34,315 bases of DNA from a virus, in the IMG/VR virus record IMGVR_UViG_3300005882_000010, one strand, 5' to 3'. The notes beneath the pieces were generated by a model that saw nothing but the letters and a program-made list of their open reading frames with translations, was not told the origin of the DNA and ran no database searches. How positions within the stretch are numbered: the stretch's first letter is position 1; each line of letters begins with the position of its first letter. A program made the translations under genes and the position numbers. This document shows positions 6,296 to 15,267 of this stretch, piece after piece.

Positions 6296-6617
6296 GGTTT
6301 ATTACATCTGCTTCAAGGAGGCAGCCAGACCAAAATGGTTTATGCGCTTTCTAAAAAGAGGCTTTTCCCATTGCTTTGCATTACAGCCTTATAACGGGAA
6401 GTGGGTTAAGTATGAGTATGGTCACGGTGTATTGAGAGTAGACGTGATAGACGATGTGACTGACGTCAAAGAAGGCTGTATAATCATTAAGCATTACAGA
6501 GAGTCCAATGACAAATACTTTGGTATAATGAGCTGTGTGGGCTTTGTTAAGTGGGCGTGCGGAATACCTGGATTCAGTTTAACGCCTTATCAACTATACA
6601 AGAGGCTGAAGAAATGA
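6285..6617 (+). CDS. Hypothetical protein
   Basis: 110-aa ORF overlapping the TerL 3' end, co-oriented, no competing frame. Confidence 0.65.
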   Translation: MSGEVYYICFKEAARPKWFMRFLKRGFSHCFALQPYNGKWVKYEYGHGVLRVDVIDDVTDVKEGCIIIKHYRESNDKYFGIMSCVGFVKWACGIPGFSLTPYQLYKRLKK

Positions 6618-7000
6618 GTTTCCTAAAGAAAGCATTAAGGGCGGGGTTGACCGGAGGTGGTACAGGCCGTATCGCTGATCCGTTAAAGCTAGGCGAAGCC
6701 AGAGATAAAAAGAAACCAAAGGCACCAGAAAAGACAGCGCAGCAAGAGGCAATAGAGCGCCGTCAATCGATGTTGTTGGATGAAGAAATTGAAGAGCAAG
6801 AGGAGTTGCTTAAGTCTTTGGCATCAGGCCGAAGCTTCAAAGAGTCACTATTGGCCGGAACACCTAAGAGCCGCAAAGCAGCGGCAAGAGGCGCTAGCAT
6901 GTTAGGTAGTGGCACTCGTAGCGGTGGCGGCTCAGGCGGCGGTGGTGGCGGTGGTGGCTCTACTCCATCCACACCTTCACGCGGAACAATGACGAGATAA
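6614..7000 (+). CDS. Hypothetical protein with a C-terminal poly-Gly/Ser tract
   Basis: ATG 6614 overlaps the upstream stop (ATGA). Product begins MSFLKKALRAGLTGGG and contains GGGSGGGGGGGGSTPSTP. Confidence 0.65.
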   Translation: MSFLKKALRAGLTGGGTGRIADPLKLGEARDKKKPKAPEKTAQQEAIERRQSMLLDEEIEEQEELLKSLASGRSFKESLLAGTPKSRKAAARGASMLGSGTRSGGGSGGGGGGGGSTPSTPSRGTMTR

Positions 7001-7002
7001 CT

Positions 7003-8577
7003 ATGGCTAGCATATTACCTCCCAAGCTCAGCGACTTTGAGCATGTAAATCAGCGCTTCAGGAAAGCATTTGACATTGAGTCTCAATGGTTCGATTTGCT
7101 CGATGATGTCTATGAGTACGTCTTGCCCCAGCGAAATCTATTTAATGAGGATAGGGAAGGCTCCAAGAAGATGGATAGGATCTATGATTCTACCGCTTTA
7201 CAGGCCATTCAAGAAGGCGCAAGTCGAGTACAAGAGAACACAGCCCCTATCTGGAAGCGTTGGGCTAAGGCTGAATTGAGCGACTTTGCCAAGAAAGAGC
7301 TTGAGCAGTTGGACGATGCTCCGAGTATCGAAGAGATACAGAAGAATCTCGATAAGAACAATGAGATAGTATTCGACTACATCAACCGCTCTAATTTCTC
7401 AACTCAGTTTTATGAATTCGTATTGGATTGGCTGGTTGGCACCGGAACACTTCGGATAGACGAGGAAGACAGTTTTGATATGCCTTTCTCATTCCACGCC
7501 ATTCCACCAAAAGGCATTGCCTATGAAGAAGCGCCAGACGGCGTTATTCGCACTCATTGGCGCAAATTCAAGGTAAAAGGCGCTCACATTGAAAAGAAGT
7601 GGCCTGGCTTCCGATTAAGCTCTGAGCTTGCCGACAAGATAAGCAACGACCCAAATGTAATGGTCGATATTTGCGAGGGCATGGTTTATGACACCGACTC
7701 AGGCAAATATTACGGCGTTGCATGGACTAAGGGTGAAGATCATTTCTCATGGGAGTTCGACTTTGGCGAGTCCAGCCCGTGGATAACAGGTCGCTATGCT
7801 AAGGCAGCGGGGGAAACTCGTGGACGAGGCCCAGCAATGCAGGTTTATCCCGATATTCGCTCATTGAATAAAGCCAAAGAATTTGTCTTGCAAAAGGCAG
7901 CTATTGACCTTGCGGGGATGTGGACAGCCACAGATGACGGAGTGACTAACCCTTACACCCTGACAATATCGCCAGGTGTAGTTATTCCTGTAGGCTCAAA
8001 CAATACAAGCAATCCATCTATCGCTCGACTCGATACCGCAACCAATCTGCAATTGGCGCAGTTTGAAATTTCTGAGCTGCAAATGGCAATTAAGAAGGCT
8101 TTCTTTAACGACCTCCGAGACCCTACAGGCCCAGTGAGAAGCGCCACAGAGATTGCTATTGAAGCCCGAGAGTTGGCAAAGCGTATCGGCTCAGCATTTG
8201 GACGACTGCAAACAGAGGTATTAGTTCCCATCTTGAAGCGGGTTTATCACATTCTGAACAAGAAAGGGATTATCGATATTGACCTGAATAATATTGAAAC
8301 TCAGGTTAAATTCACCTCTCCACTCGCGGCAGCGCAAGACCAAGAGGACTTGATAGCGATTCAGCAAGCTGTAGAGTTTACCGTAATGACAGCAGGCCAA
8401 GAGCGTGCTCAGATGGCGTTTAAGCTGGAGGACTTTGGAACCTATGCAGCACGACTAACCGGAATGCCTCAAGAGCTGGTAAGAAGCGAGTCAGAGAAGA
8501 AGCAGGTTATCCAGGCAGGGGCGCAAGCAGCAGCCGCGCAAATGCCGCAACAAGAACCACAGGAGCCTAGCCAATGA
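7003..8577 (+). CDS. Portal (head-to-tail connector) protein
   Basis: 524 aa. Size and position (after TerL, before scaffold and capsid) match podovirus portals such as T7 gp8 (about 540 aa). Acidic, Gln-rich C-terminus. Confidence 0.8.
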   Translation: MASILPPKLSDFEHVNQRFRKAFDIESQWFDLLDDVYEYVLPQRNLFNEDREGSKKMDRIYDSTALQAIQEGASRVQENTAPIWKRWAKAELSDFAKKELEQLDDAPSIEEIQKNLDKNNEIVFDYINRSNFSTQFYEFVLDWLVGTGTLRIDEEDSFDMPFSFHAIPPKGIAYEEAPDGVIRTHWRKFKVKGAHIEKKWPGFRLSSELADKISNDPNVMVDICEGMVYDTDSGKYYGVAWTKGEDHFSWEFDFGESSPWITGRYAKAAGETRGRGPAMQVYPDIRSLNKAKEFVLQKAAIDLAGMWTATDDGVTNPYTLTISPGVVIPVGSNNTSNPSIARLDTATNLQLAQFEISELQMAIKKAFFNDLRDPTGPVRSATEIAIEARELAKRIGSAFGRLQTEVLVPILKRVYHILNKKGIIDIDLNNIETQVKFTSPLAAAQDQEDLIAIQQAVEFTVMTAGQERAQMAFKLEDFGTYAARLTGMPQELVRSESEKKQVIQAGAQAAAAQMPQQEPQEPSQ

Positions 8578-8858
8578 GCTGGAGTGACATTGAATTAGCA
8601 GGAAAAACCAAGGAAGAGAGGCGCAAGATAGCCGAGGACAGAAAGGCTAAGTCCGAGGAATTGTCCAAGAAGTTCAGCCGCGCATTCAATAGCGATGATG
8701 GCAAGGTGGTATTTGAGCACCTTTTTCAGCGTTTCGTATTGGATAATGATACTCCATTGAATGCGCCAAATCCCGAATACGAGGCCGGATATCACAATGG
8801 AGAAGCCGGAGTAATCAAATACATAACACACCAAATCACTAAAGCCAAAAACCTTTAA
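8574..8858 (+). CDS. Hypothetical protein (head module)
   Basis: 94-aa ORF, start overlaps the portal stop. Confidence 0.7.
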   Translation: MSWSDIELAGKTKEERRKIAEDRKAKSEELSKKFSRAFNSDDGKVVFEHLFQRFVLDNDTPLNAPNPEYEAGYHNGEAGVIKYITHQITKAKNL

Positions 8859-8867
8859 GGAGGTTCT

Positions 8868-9359
8868 ATGCCTGACCAGCAGCAAGCTGACACTCAGCAA
8901 GACGCCCATCAGGAGCTGATTGCCAAGGGAAAAGCGTTAGGGCTTAAGCAAGCCGCTAACATGAAGCCTGAAACCCTCATTAAGAAAATCGAGGAGATCG
9001 AAACCAGAGCGAAAGCCAAAGAGCAGAGTAGCAATGCTCATGCTGATATTGAGCGTATTAACGCTGAATCCATACCCGTCCAGGTTGACGTGGTGGACTT
9101 TGGAGCAAAGTTTTTAAAGTCCATTGGATTTGACTTTGAATGGCTCGGCCCTATCGCTAATCAATACGGGATAGAGCGTTTCGAGTATATCCATAAGTTT
9201 CGAGCGTTTCGAGTCTACAAGAATGGCGTTCACGTTGACTGGATTGACGTTAACGAGGTTGGTCTGCTTAACGGCAAGCGCCACCTATGCGAAATCCTTC
9301 TGCGTCATACACCAGTAGACAAGTCTCGCCGTTTATTCGATTTTCATTGGAGAGGTTAA
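8868..9359 (+). CDS. Hypothetical head-module protein with an N-terminal Rho-N/SAP-like helix-extended-helix motif
   Basis: 163 aa. LIAKGKALGLKQAANMKPETLIKKIEE resembles the Rho N-terminal/HeH motif. SD ggagg upstream. Confidence 0.65.
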   Translation: MPDQQQADTQQDAHQELIAKGKALGLKQAANMKPETLIKKIEEIETRAKAKEQSSNAHADIERINAESIPVQVDVVDFGAKFLKSIGFDFEWLGPIANQYGIERFEYIHKFRAFRVYKNGVHVDWIDVNEVGLLNGKRHLCEILLRHTPVDKSRRLFDFHWRG

Positions 9360-9362
9360 TTT

Positions 9363-10154
9363 ATGCGATTATTCAACTATCGATTACAGGAAGAAGCAAC
9401 CGAGGGCGGCGAAGGTATGACCCAGGACGCACCACAGGAGCAGCCGCAGGAGCAAGGTTCGCTCATCGAGCAATCAGCAGAGCCGCAACTAGGGGAGAAC
9501 GAATATCTCCTTATTGATGGCGTTAAAGGCGTGGGAGAGCGCCCCGAATGGTACAAAGCTGACAAGTACAAGACAGTAGCAGAGCAGGCGCGAGCCTATA
9601 CAGAGCTTGAAAAGAAATTCGGCTCATTCACCGGAGCGCCTAAAGACGGCTATCAACTGCCCGAAGGACTGGATGCCGAGGACGAATTAGCCCAGCAGGT
9701 CATTGAGTGGGGGACTAAGAACAACCTATCTCAAGAAGGATTTAACGACCTGTTGACGCTTGCTATGGCTCAATCTCAAGCCACTCAAGAAGTGAATCGA
9801 GAGATGGAGTTAAAGAAACTCGGAGATAACGCTGCTCAACGTATCAAGCAGGTGGAGACATTTCTTAAGCAAAAGGCTGGCGATAAGTACGAGGAAATCT
9901 CAGGGCTTGTTACCTCAGCCGATGATGTGTTGCTTGTTGAGAAAATCATGGAAGCTATTCAGCCGCCTAAACTTCCTATTGACGGCGTGGAGATTGAAGG
10001 CAAGCCAACATGGGCAGATATTGAACGTGAGATGTGGCGCAAGGATGAGCACGGCAATCTATTGCGCTCAGTAGACCATGCCCATGAGATGAAGATACAG
10101 CGCATGCTCAAGGAGTACGGCGGGGACAGGTTGAATAACAAGGTTGTAGGTTAA
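9363..10154 (+). CDS. Putative scaffolding protein
   Basis: 263 aa, acidic and helical, located between the portal and the major capsid gene as in T7-like head modules. Confidence 0.65.
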   Translation: MRLFNYRLQEEATEGGEGMTQDAPQEQPQEQGSLIEQSAEPQLGENEYLLIDGVKGVGERPEWYKADKYKTVAEQARAYTELEKKFGSFTGAPKDGYQLPEGLDAEDELAQQVIEWGTKNNLSQEGFNDLLTLAMAQSQATQEVNREMELKKLGDNAAQRIKQVETFLKQKAGDKYEEISGLVTSADDVLLVEKIMEAIQPPKLPIDGVEIEGKPTWADIEREMWRKDEHGNLLRSVDHAHEMKIQRMLKEYGGDRLNNKVVG

Positions 10155-10297
10155 TAACCAATCGTTGTATAATATCCCCATCGGACACCCCTTCTCTAAG
10201 GCCCGATGTTGAAGGTTTGTAGCAGACCTCGCATCGGGCACTCTGCGAAAAACCTCAAAACCAGACAGAATATCAACGGCCATTGATAAGAAGTCTG
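10144..10297 (+). promoter_or_regulatory. Capsid-gene leader: weak promoter candidate (TTGTAG - 18 nt - TATAAT at 10168-10173), mutually exclusive hairpins and a symmetric hairpin
   Basis: CATCGG (10179-10184) or CATCGGGC (10232-10239) can each pair with GCCCGATG (10201-10208). Also CAGAC-agaa-TATCAA-cggcca-TTGATA-agaa-GTCTG at 10262-10297. Confidence 0.3.
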
Positions 10298-10340
10298 TTA
10301 ATCATTGTTTTTAAAACTCGATTATTTGAGGTAAATCAAA

Positions 10341-11174
10341 ATGAGTAAGAGTCTATCAGCCGTAGCAGTCCAGGAGTTTGACTCCCTGGTAAAGCACGCA
10401 TATCAAGGCATGAGCTTATTGAAGCCTGCCGTAACAATCCGTAACAACGTAGTAGGCGATCAGTATAAATTCCGTCGCATGGGTAAAGGTTTAGCTAATC
10501 AGAAATCGACCGCTGATTTGGTAACTCCTATGGACGTAGCGCACCAGTTCAAGGTAGCCACCTTAAGCAACTGGAACGCGCCTGAATATACTGACATCTT
10601 TGACCAGCAAGAGGTAAACTTCGATGAGAAGAATGAGCTTGCGCACACCATTGCAGGCGCATTAGGTCGTCGATGTGATCAATTAGTCATTGATGCTATG
10701 GATGCCTCTACACCATTAACCACAGCAGTAGCGGCAGGCGCAGCCAACCTAACTATGGCTAAACTGATTGATGCGAAAGTTCAATTGGTACACCAAGGCG
10801 TAGGCTCTCGTGACCTGTTTGGCGTTATCGAAGGTGAAGGCTTAGGTGGTCTTTTGAATGATGAGAAGGCAACCTCATCCGATTACCAGAACGTCAAAGC
10901 TCTCGTAAATGGCGATGTAAACTCCCTTAACGGTTTCCGCATTATCGTAATCGAAGACCGTGACGAAGGTGGTTTGACCGAAGCCTCTGACATTGTTGAT
11001 TCATGGTTCTTTGCAAAAGATGCAGTTGGTTTAGCCATCGGTATCGATATGCGAACCGAAATTAACTATGTGCCTGAGCGTACATCATGGCTATGTAACG
11101 GTATGTTAAAAGCGGGATCAGTCGTTCGCGATGAGGGCGGCCTGGTTAAAGTTCAATACGACAAGACAGCATAA
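10341..11174 (+). CDS. Major capsid protein
   Basis: 277 aa. Follows the scaffold gene and a 186-bp structured leader. SD tgaggt. A terminator lies shortly downstream, the usual pattern for a highly expressed capsid gene. Confidence 0.75.
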   Translation: MSKSLSAVAVQEFDSLVKHAYQGMSLLKPAVTIRNNVVGDQYKFRRMGKGLANQKSTADLVTPMDVAHQFKVATLSNWNAPEYTDIFDQQEVNFDEKNELAHTIAGALGRRCDQLVIDAMDASTPLTTAVAAGAANLTMAKLIDAKVQLVHQGVGSRDLFGVIEGEGLGGLLNDEKATSSDYQNVKALVNGDVNSLNGFRIIVIEDRDEGGLTEASDIVDSWFFAKDAVGLAIGIDMRTEINYVPERTSWLCNGMLKAGSVVRDEGGLVKVQYDKTA

Positions 11175-11186
11175 GGAGTAATCATC

Positions 11187-11456
11187 ATGGCTTTTTCACG
11201 ATCTGGCCTGTCAAAAGTAGGTAGTGGCACTGGTGATGCCCCTTCGTTGTGGACTTACACTTCAACAGATGCTATCGCAACCGTAAATACCGCAGGGTAT
11301 TTCAATGACGCTTCTAAGGAGCTTCAGGTTCGGGATATTATCTTTGTAGTGGATAGTGCCACGCCAACCACTCATATCGTTAGCGTACTGAGTAACGCAA
11401 GCGGAGTTGTTGACGTATCAGACGGTCTACAAATTACCGAAACTGACACTGACTAA
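11187..11456 (+). CDS. Small virion-module protein sharing a domain with the N-terminus of 12053..12778
   Basis: 89 aa. MAFSRSGLSKVG...WTYTSTDAIATVNTAGYFNDA...DIIFV aligns by eye with MAFDNDMLVKIG...YTYKTDDNLATVTTAGYFSEA...DYIIV. Confidence 0.75.
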   Translation: MAFSRSGLSKVGSGTGDAPSLWTYTSTDAIATVNTAGYFNDASKELQVRDIIFVVDSATPTTHIVSVLSNASGVVDVSDGLQITETDTD

Positions 11457-11460
11457 CCAT

Positions 11461-11482
11461 AGGGGCTTCGGCCCCTTCTTTA
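11461..11482 (+). terminator. Rho-independent terminator after the capsid genes
   Basis: AGGGGC-ttcg-GCCCCT followed by TCTTT. Confidence 0.7.
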
Positions 11483-11492
11483 AGGTTTAATC

Positions 11493-12050
11493 ATGGCGTC
11501 AAAAATTGATTTAATCTCAGGTGCTTTAGTCTTAATCGGTGATAAGCCGATTAATTCTTTAACTGTATCAGGAAGGGCGCAAGAGGTAGCTAATTCACTT
11601 TATGATCGCATCGTAAAGAATGAGCTATCAAAGCATCGTTGGGGATTCGCTCGTAAAAAGGCGCAAATCTCTCTTACCACTGATACCCCTGTTGATGATG
11701 AATGGCGCAGCATTTACCAGTTGCCCACTGATTTAATCACCCTGATAACCATCAAGCCCTTAGTAAACTATCAAATCTACGGCGATAAGCTTCACTGTAA
11801 TGTTAATCAAAAGTTGGTAGCTGATTACATTGCAGAAACAACCGAGGACGAATGGCCGGAGTATTTCTCGCAAATGATTGTTTACGCATTGGCTTTGGAC
11901 TTCGCGCAATCTATCCGCGACTCTTCGAGCATTCAGCAAAACATTGCGGTGCAGTATGAGAACGCTTCACGAATGGCGCGTTATACCGACTCACAGCAAC
12001 ACCCACAAACGCCGATAGCGCATAGACCCTTTATCGATGTGAGGTTTTAA
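11493..12050 (+). CDS. Head-tail adaptor / tail tubular protein A-like (T7 gp11 position and size)
   Basis: 185 aa. N-terminal pattern ISGALVLIGDKPINSL...A...LYD....ELSKHRWGFA is typical of podovirus adaptor/gp11-like proteins. Supported by synteny. Confidence 0.55.
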   Translation: MASKIDLISGALVLIGDKPINSLTVSGRAQEVANSLYDRIVKNELSKHRWGFARKKAQISLTTDTPVDDEWRSIYQLPTDLITLITIKPLVNYQIYGDKLHCNVNQKLVADYIAETTEDEWPEYFSQMIVYALALDFAQSIRDSSSIQQNIAVQYENASRMARYTDSQQHPQTPIAHRPFIDVRF

Positions 12051-12052
12051 TT

Positions 12053-12778
12053 ATGGCCTTCGACAATGACATGCTTGTTAAGATTGGAGGTCAGAATCAA
12101 GCTCAAGCCTTCTACACCTACAAGACAGATGATAATTTAGCGACCGTAACCACGGCGGGATATTTCAGCGAGGCTTTCGGAAAGCTACGAGAGAACGATT
12201 ACATCATCGTTAGAAATTCCGCTGAGGATTACATGCTAAGAGTCTCTACGGCCTCAGCAGGCGTGGTATCGGCAAGTCTAATGCTTTATCTCGACCGACT
12301 GGGGCAGACCTCTGGATGGGTTCATATTATCGATACAACCTACACCAGCGGTAGTCCTTTAGCTTTAACGGCAGGCGTTAGAACTAAGTTGGACTTAAAC
12401 TCAGATTCAGTTATTGAGTCCAATGCGCCACCAGGAACAACGGCGGCTACCTTTTGGGATGAAGTAACGAGTAAATTATATGGGGAAACTGTTGGTGATG
12501 CCTTCGAGTTGAGATTTCAATTCACTGCTCAACCTGCAAATCAGAATAGCTATATCACTGTCGACCTAGATATAGGTGGCTCGCAGGGGATTATATGGGA
12601 TCACACCACAAGCTTTATTAAAGGCACCTCAGCCCAGCGAGTAGTGAGAGATATTTCTTACTACACCTTAGACACCTTCAATACTAACGGCGGCGAGATA
12701 TACTTAACCGCTAACAACAACACCAATATGTATAATATGTCATTCTTGATCAGACGAGTTCATAAAGGCGTTACCTAG
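12053..12778 (+). CDS. Virion protein with an N-terminal domain paralogous to 11187..11456
   Basis: 241-aa ORF in the tail module. The first 80 or so aa align with the 89-aa protein. Confidence 0.75.
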   Translation: MAFDNDMLVKIGGQNQAQAFYTYKTDDNLATVTTAGYFSEAFGKLRENDYIIVRNSAEDYMLRVSTASAGVVSASLMLYLDRLGQTSGWVHIIDTTYTSGSPLALTAGVRTKLDLNSDSVIESNAPPGTTAATFWDEVTSKLYGETVGDAFELRFQFTAQPANQNSYITVDLDIGGSQGIIWDHTTSFIKGTSAQRVVRDISYYTLDTFNTNGGEIYLTANNNTNMYNMSFLIRRVHKGVT

Positions 12779-15267
12779 TGGCTAAGACTAGATTCATTCA
12801 GAACAACTTCACATCTGGCGTACTTTCCCCTTTATTGAAGGGGCGGACAGATATACAGCAATATTACAACGGACTAGAAACCGGAAAGAACGTAGTTATT
12901 CTACCTCAAGGCGGGGCAAAGAAACGACCTGGTACTCAGCACATAGACGAAGCCCTTCCGATAATGATTAGGAACACAACCACTCCAACCATGCCAAATG
13001 GCGGTACGGCTGCAAGCGTCAATGACGGCGATGATTCAACCACCACGACAACCACCAATCCCATAGGCACAACCAATCCCTACGTCATAGTTGATTATGA
13101 TTTAGGCTCTGCCAAAGACGTTGAATATGTAGACCTAAGAGGCGTTAGTCTATCCGCAGGAAGTAGCACAAAGTTTAGAGTTTCATATTCCACCAACGGC
13201 ACTACATGGTTTGATGCATCATTCCCCACTAAGATATTGGAGATTGGCACGGGGCCTCAGGATTTTAGAATTAGAGTCCAAAGAAATGCGCGCTACTGGA
13301 GATTCGAAAAGATAAGCTCCGAGGATTTTGGCGGGGCAGTTGTGAATATTGCCGATTTTAATCTATATGAAAAATCGGGAACCTTATCGAAAGTTCAGTT
13401 AAAAGAATTTTCCGTATCAGCGTCAGAGCATTATCTGTTTGTGCTTACAGATAAGAATTGCTACATATACGACAGGGCATCGAATGCTTACGTTGCAGCG
13501 GTCAAGGTTCCGCATTTATCGGATGAAGTCATGGACGTTAGATCTGTATCTTCCGAGAAGGTTATTATCTTGTTTCATGAAAATCATGAGCCAGTCAGGA
13601 TAACCAATTTAGGGACAAATGCTGATTGGTTCCAAGATAATCCACCGTTTATTAACATCCCTCAAGTGGATTATAACGATGACTCAAGCCCAACGCCTAC
13701 CAGTGAAGTGCAGGATCTTGCTTTTAGCGCAGGCTGGAATCCTGGCGACACCTATCAAATAGATGTTGAGGGGGTATTAAGTAAAAACATTACTTTCGCC
13801 GGAGATACAAACGCAGACGAGCGTTCGGCGACCGCATTTAACTTGCAGAAGAATTTGCAGGATATGCCAGTATTTGGCTCAACCGGAGTTGACGTGGCTC
13901 GCACCGGAGCATTAACCTACAGAGTGACCATATCAGGTGAGAGCGCTAAAGCGTTTGAATTGTTCTCAGGATTCCCAACAGCCGGAACGGCGAGTAAGAC
14001 CTTATCCTTCACTAAGATAACCACAGGTTCGCCGAGGAAAGAGGATGCGTGGTCTGCTACTCGCGGATGGCCTAAGACCGCGTGTTTTTATGAGGGTCGA
14101 TTAATACTAGGCGGAACCAAATCAAAGCCACAATCAATCTTCGCAAGTAAGTCCGGCGAGCCTTTCAACTTTGAGCTGGATGAAAGTGACGACAATGATG
14201 CGATATTTGCCACCATCAACAGTCGAAAGCTATCGGATATAGTGGACGTATACCCTGGCAGAAACTTGCAGATATTCACGGCAGGCGGAGAATACGCGGT
14301 ACTCCTAAGTCCCATCACGCCTCAGACGTTCGGGGTTATCCCTCAGACAGCGCATGGCGCGAGCAATCTCGAAGTGAAGGATATCGACGGAGCTACTATG
14401 TTTATCGACCGCAACGGCAAGACCTTGAGGGAATACGTTTATTCCTTCAATGAGGATGCCTATCTTGCCAACGATATTTCGGTATTGAGTCCTGAATTAA
14501 TTAAACAGCCCGTTGATATGGCTATTCTAGGCGGCACTCAGTCGGAGGATGCCAACTGGGTATTTATAGTAAATAGCGATGGTACAGCTACCGTATTAAA
14601 TACACTTCGCTCTCAAGACATAAACGGCTTTACATCATGGGAGACGGACGGGACTATAGAATCAGTCGCGGTGGTAGATGATAATCTATATATTGCAGCC
14701 AAAAGAACCATTAATGGCACATCTATATACCATATAGAAAGATGGGATTTCGACTATCCGCTAGACGATGGCATAAGACATTATGTTGGCGGGATTCCTT
14801 TTACATCAATCACTGGACTGGGCAACTTCGAAGGACAAGAGCTTAGCATAGTTGGCGATGGCGCGTACATAGGAGAGGCAACTGTATCTAGCGGCACTAT
14901 AACGCTTGACAATGCTGTATCCGAGGCGTATGTGGGAATTAAGTTTGAATCTCAAGTTAAGCCTATGCCATTAGCTACAAACGTAGGCAGCGGCCCAAAT
15001 GTATTGAGACAGAAGAAGATAATCAGAATGAATCTCCGCGTACTCAATACAACCGGACTCTATTTAGATGGAGAGCATCAGCCTGTCAGATTCTTTAGTG
15101 ATTCTTCGGACAGCCCTCTCGATACGCCACCTAAACAGAAAACTGGTATAATCGAAGACTGGTACCCAAGTTCTGGATGGTCACGCGAAGATATGCCCGT
15201 TATATCGCAGCCTGATCCAATGCCATTCACTATTCTGGCGGTAGAGTATGAAGTCGAATCTAGCTAA
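12778..15267 (+). CDS. Tail tubular protein B / nozzle-like (T7 gp12 position and size) with an inserted discoidin-like domain
   Basis: 829 aa. The GTG start overlaps the upstream TAG. N-terminus FIQNNFTSGVLSPLLKGRTDIQQYYNGL...GGAKKRPG is typical of gp12-like proteins. Residues about 62-198 look like an F5/8 type C domain. Confidence 0.7.
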   Translation: MAKTRFIQNNFTSGVLSPLLKGRTDIQQYYNGLETGKNVVILPQGGAKKRPGTQHIDEALPIMIRNTTTPTMPNGGTAASVNDGDDSTTTTTTNPIGTTNPYVIVDYDLGSAKDVEYVDLRGVSLSAGSSTKFRVSYSTNGTTWFDASFPTKILEIGTGPQDFRIRVQRNARYWRFEKISSEDFGGAVVNIADFNLYEKSGTLSKVQLKEFSVSASEHYLFVLTDKNCYIYDRASNAYVAAVKVPHLSDEVMDVRSVSSEKVIILFHENHEPVRITNLGTNADWFQDNPPFINIPQVDYNDDSSPTPTSEVQDLAFSAGWNPGDTYQIDVEGVLSKNITFAGDTNADERSATAFNLQKNLQDMPVFGSTGVDVARTGALTYRVTISGESAKAFELFSGFPTAGTASKTLSFTKITTGSPRKEDAWSATRGWPKTACFYEGRLILGGTKSKPQSIFASKSGEPFNFELDESDDNDAIFATINSRKLSDIVDVYPGRNLQIFTAGGEYAVLLSPITPQTFGVIPQTAHGASNLEVKDIDGATMFIDRNGKTLREYVYSFNEDAYLANDISVLSPELIKQPVDMAILGGTQSEDANWVFIVNSDGTATVLNTLRSQDINGFTSWETDGTIESVAVVDDNLYIAAKRTINGTSIYHIERWDFDYPLDDGIRHYVGGIPFTSITGLGNFEGQELSIVGDGAYIGEATVSSGTITLDNAVSEAYVGIKFESQVKPMPLATNVGSGPNVLRQKKIIRMNLRVLNTTGLYLDGEHQPVRFFSDSSDSPLDTPPKQKTGIIEDWYPSSGWSREDMPVISQPDPMPFTILAVEYEVESS

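Noticed and set aside
6925-6965. GGT/GGC simple repeat (poly-Gly tract) as a slippage or phase-variation site
   Set aside because: The repeat is imperfect with mixed codons (ggtggcggctcaggcggcggtggtggcggtggtggc) rather than a homopolymer or a pure short tandem repeat. It is plausible as a flexible linker, and nothing supports switching.
4636-12795. Shared N-terminus MAKTR in the TerS candidate (4636) and the nozzle protein (12778)
   Set aside because: Only five residues are shared, and the underlying start context differs (ATG versus GTG). I regard it as coincidence.
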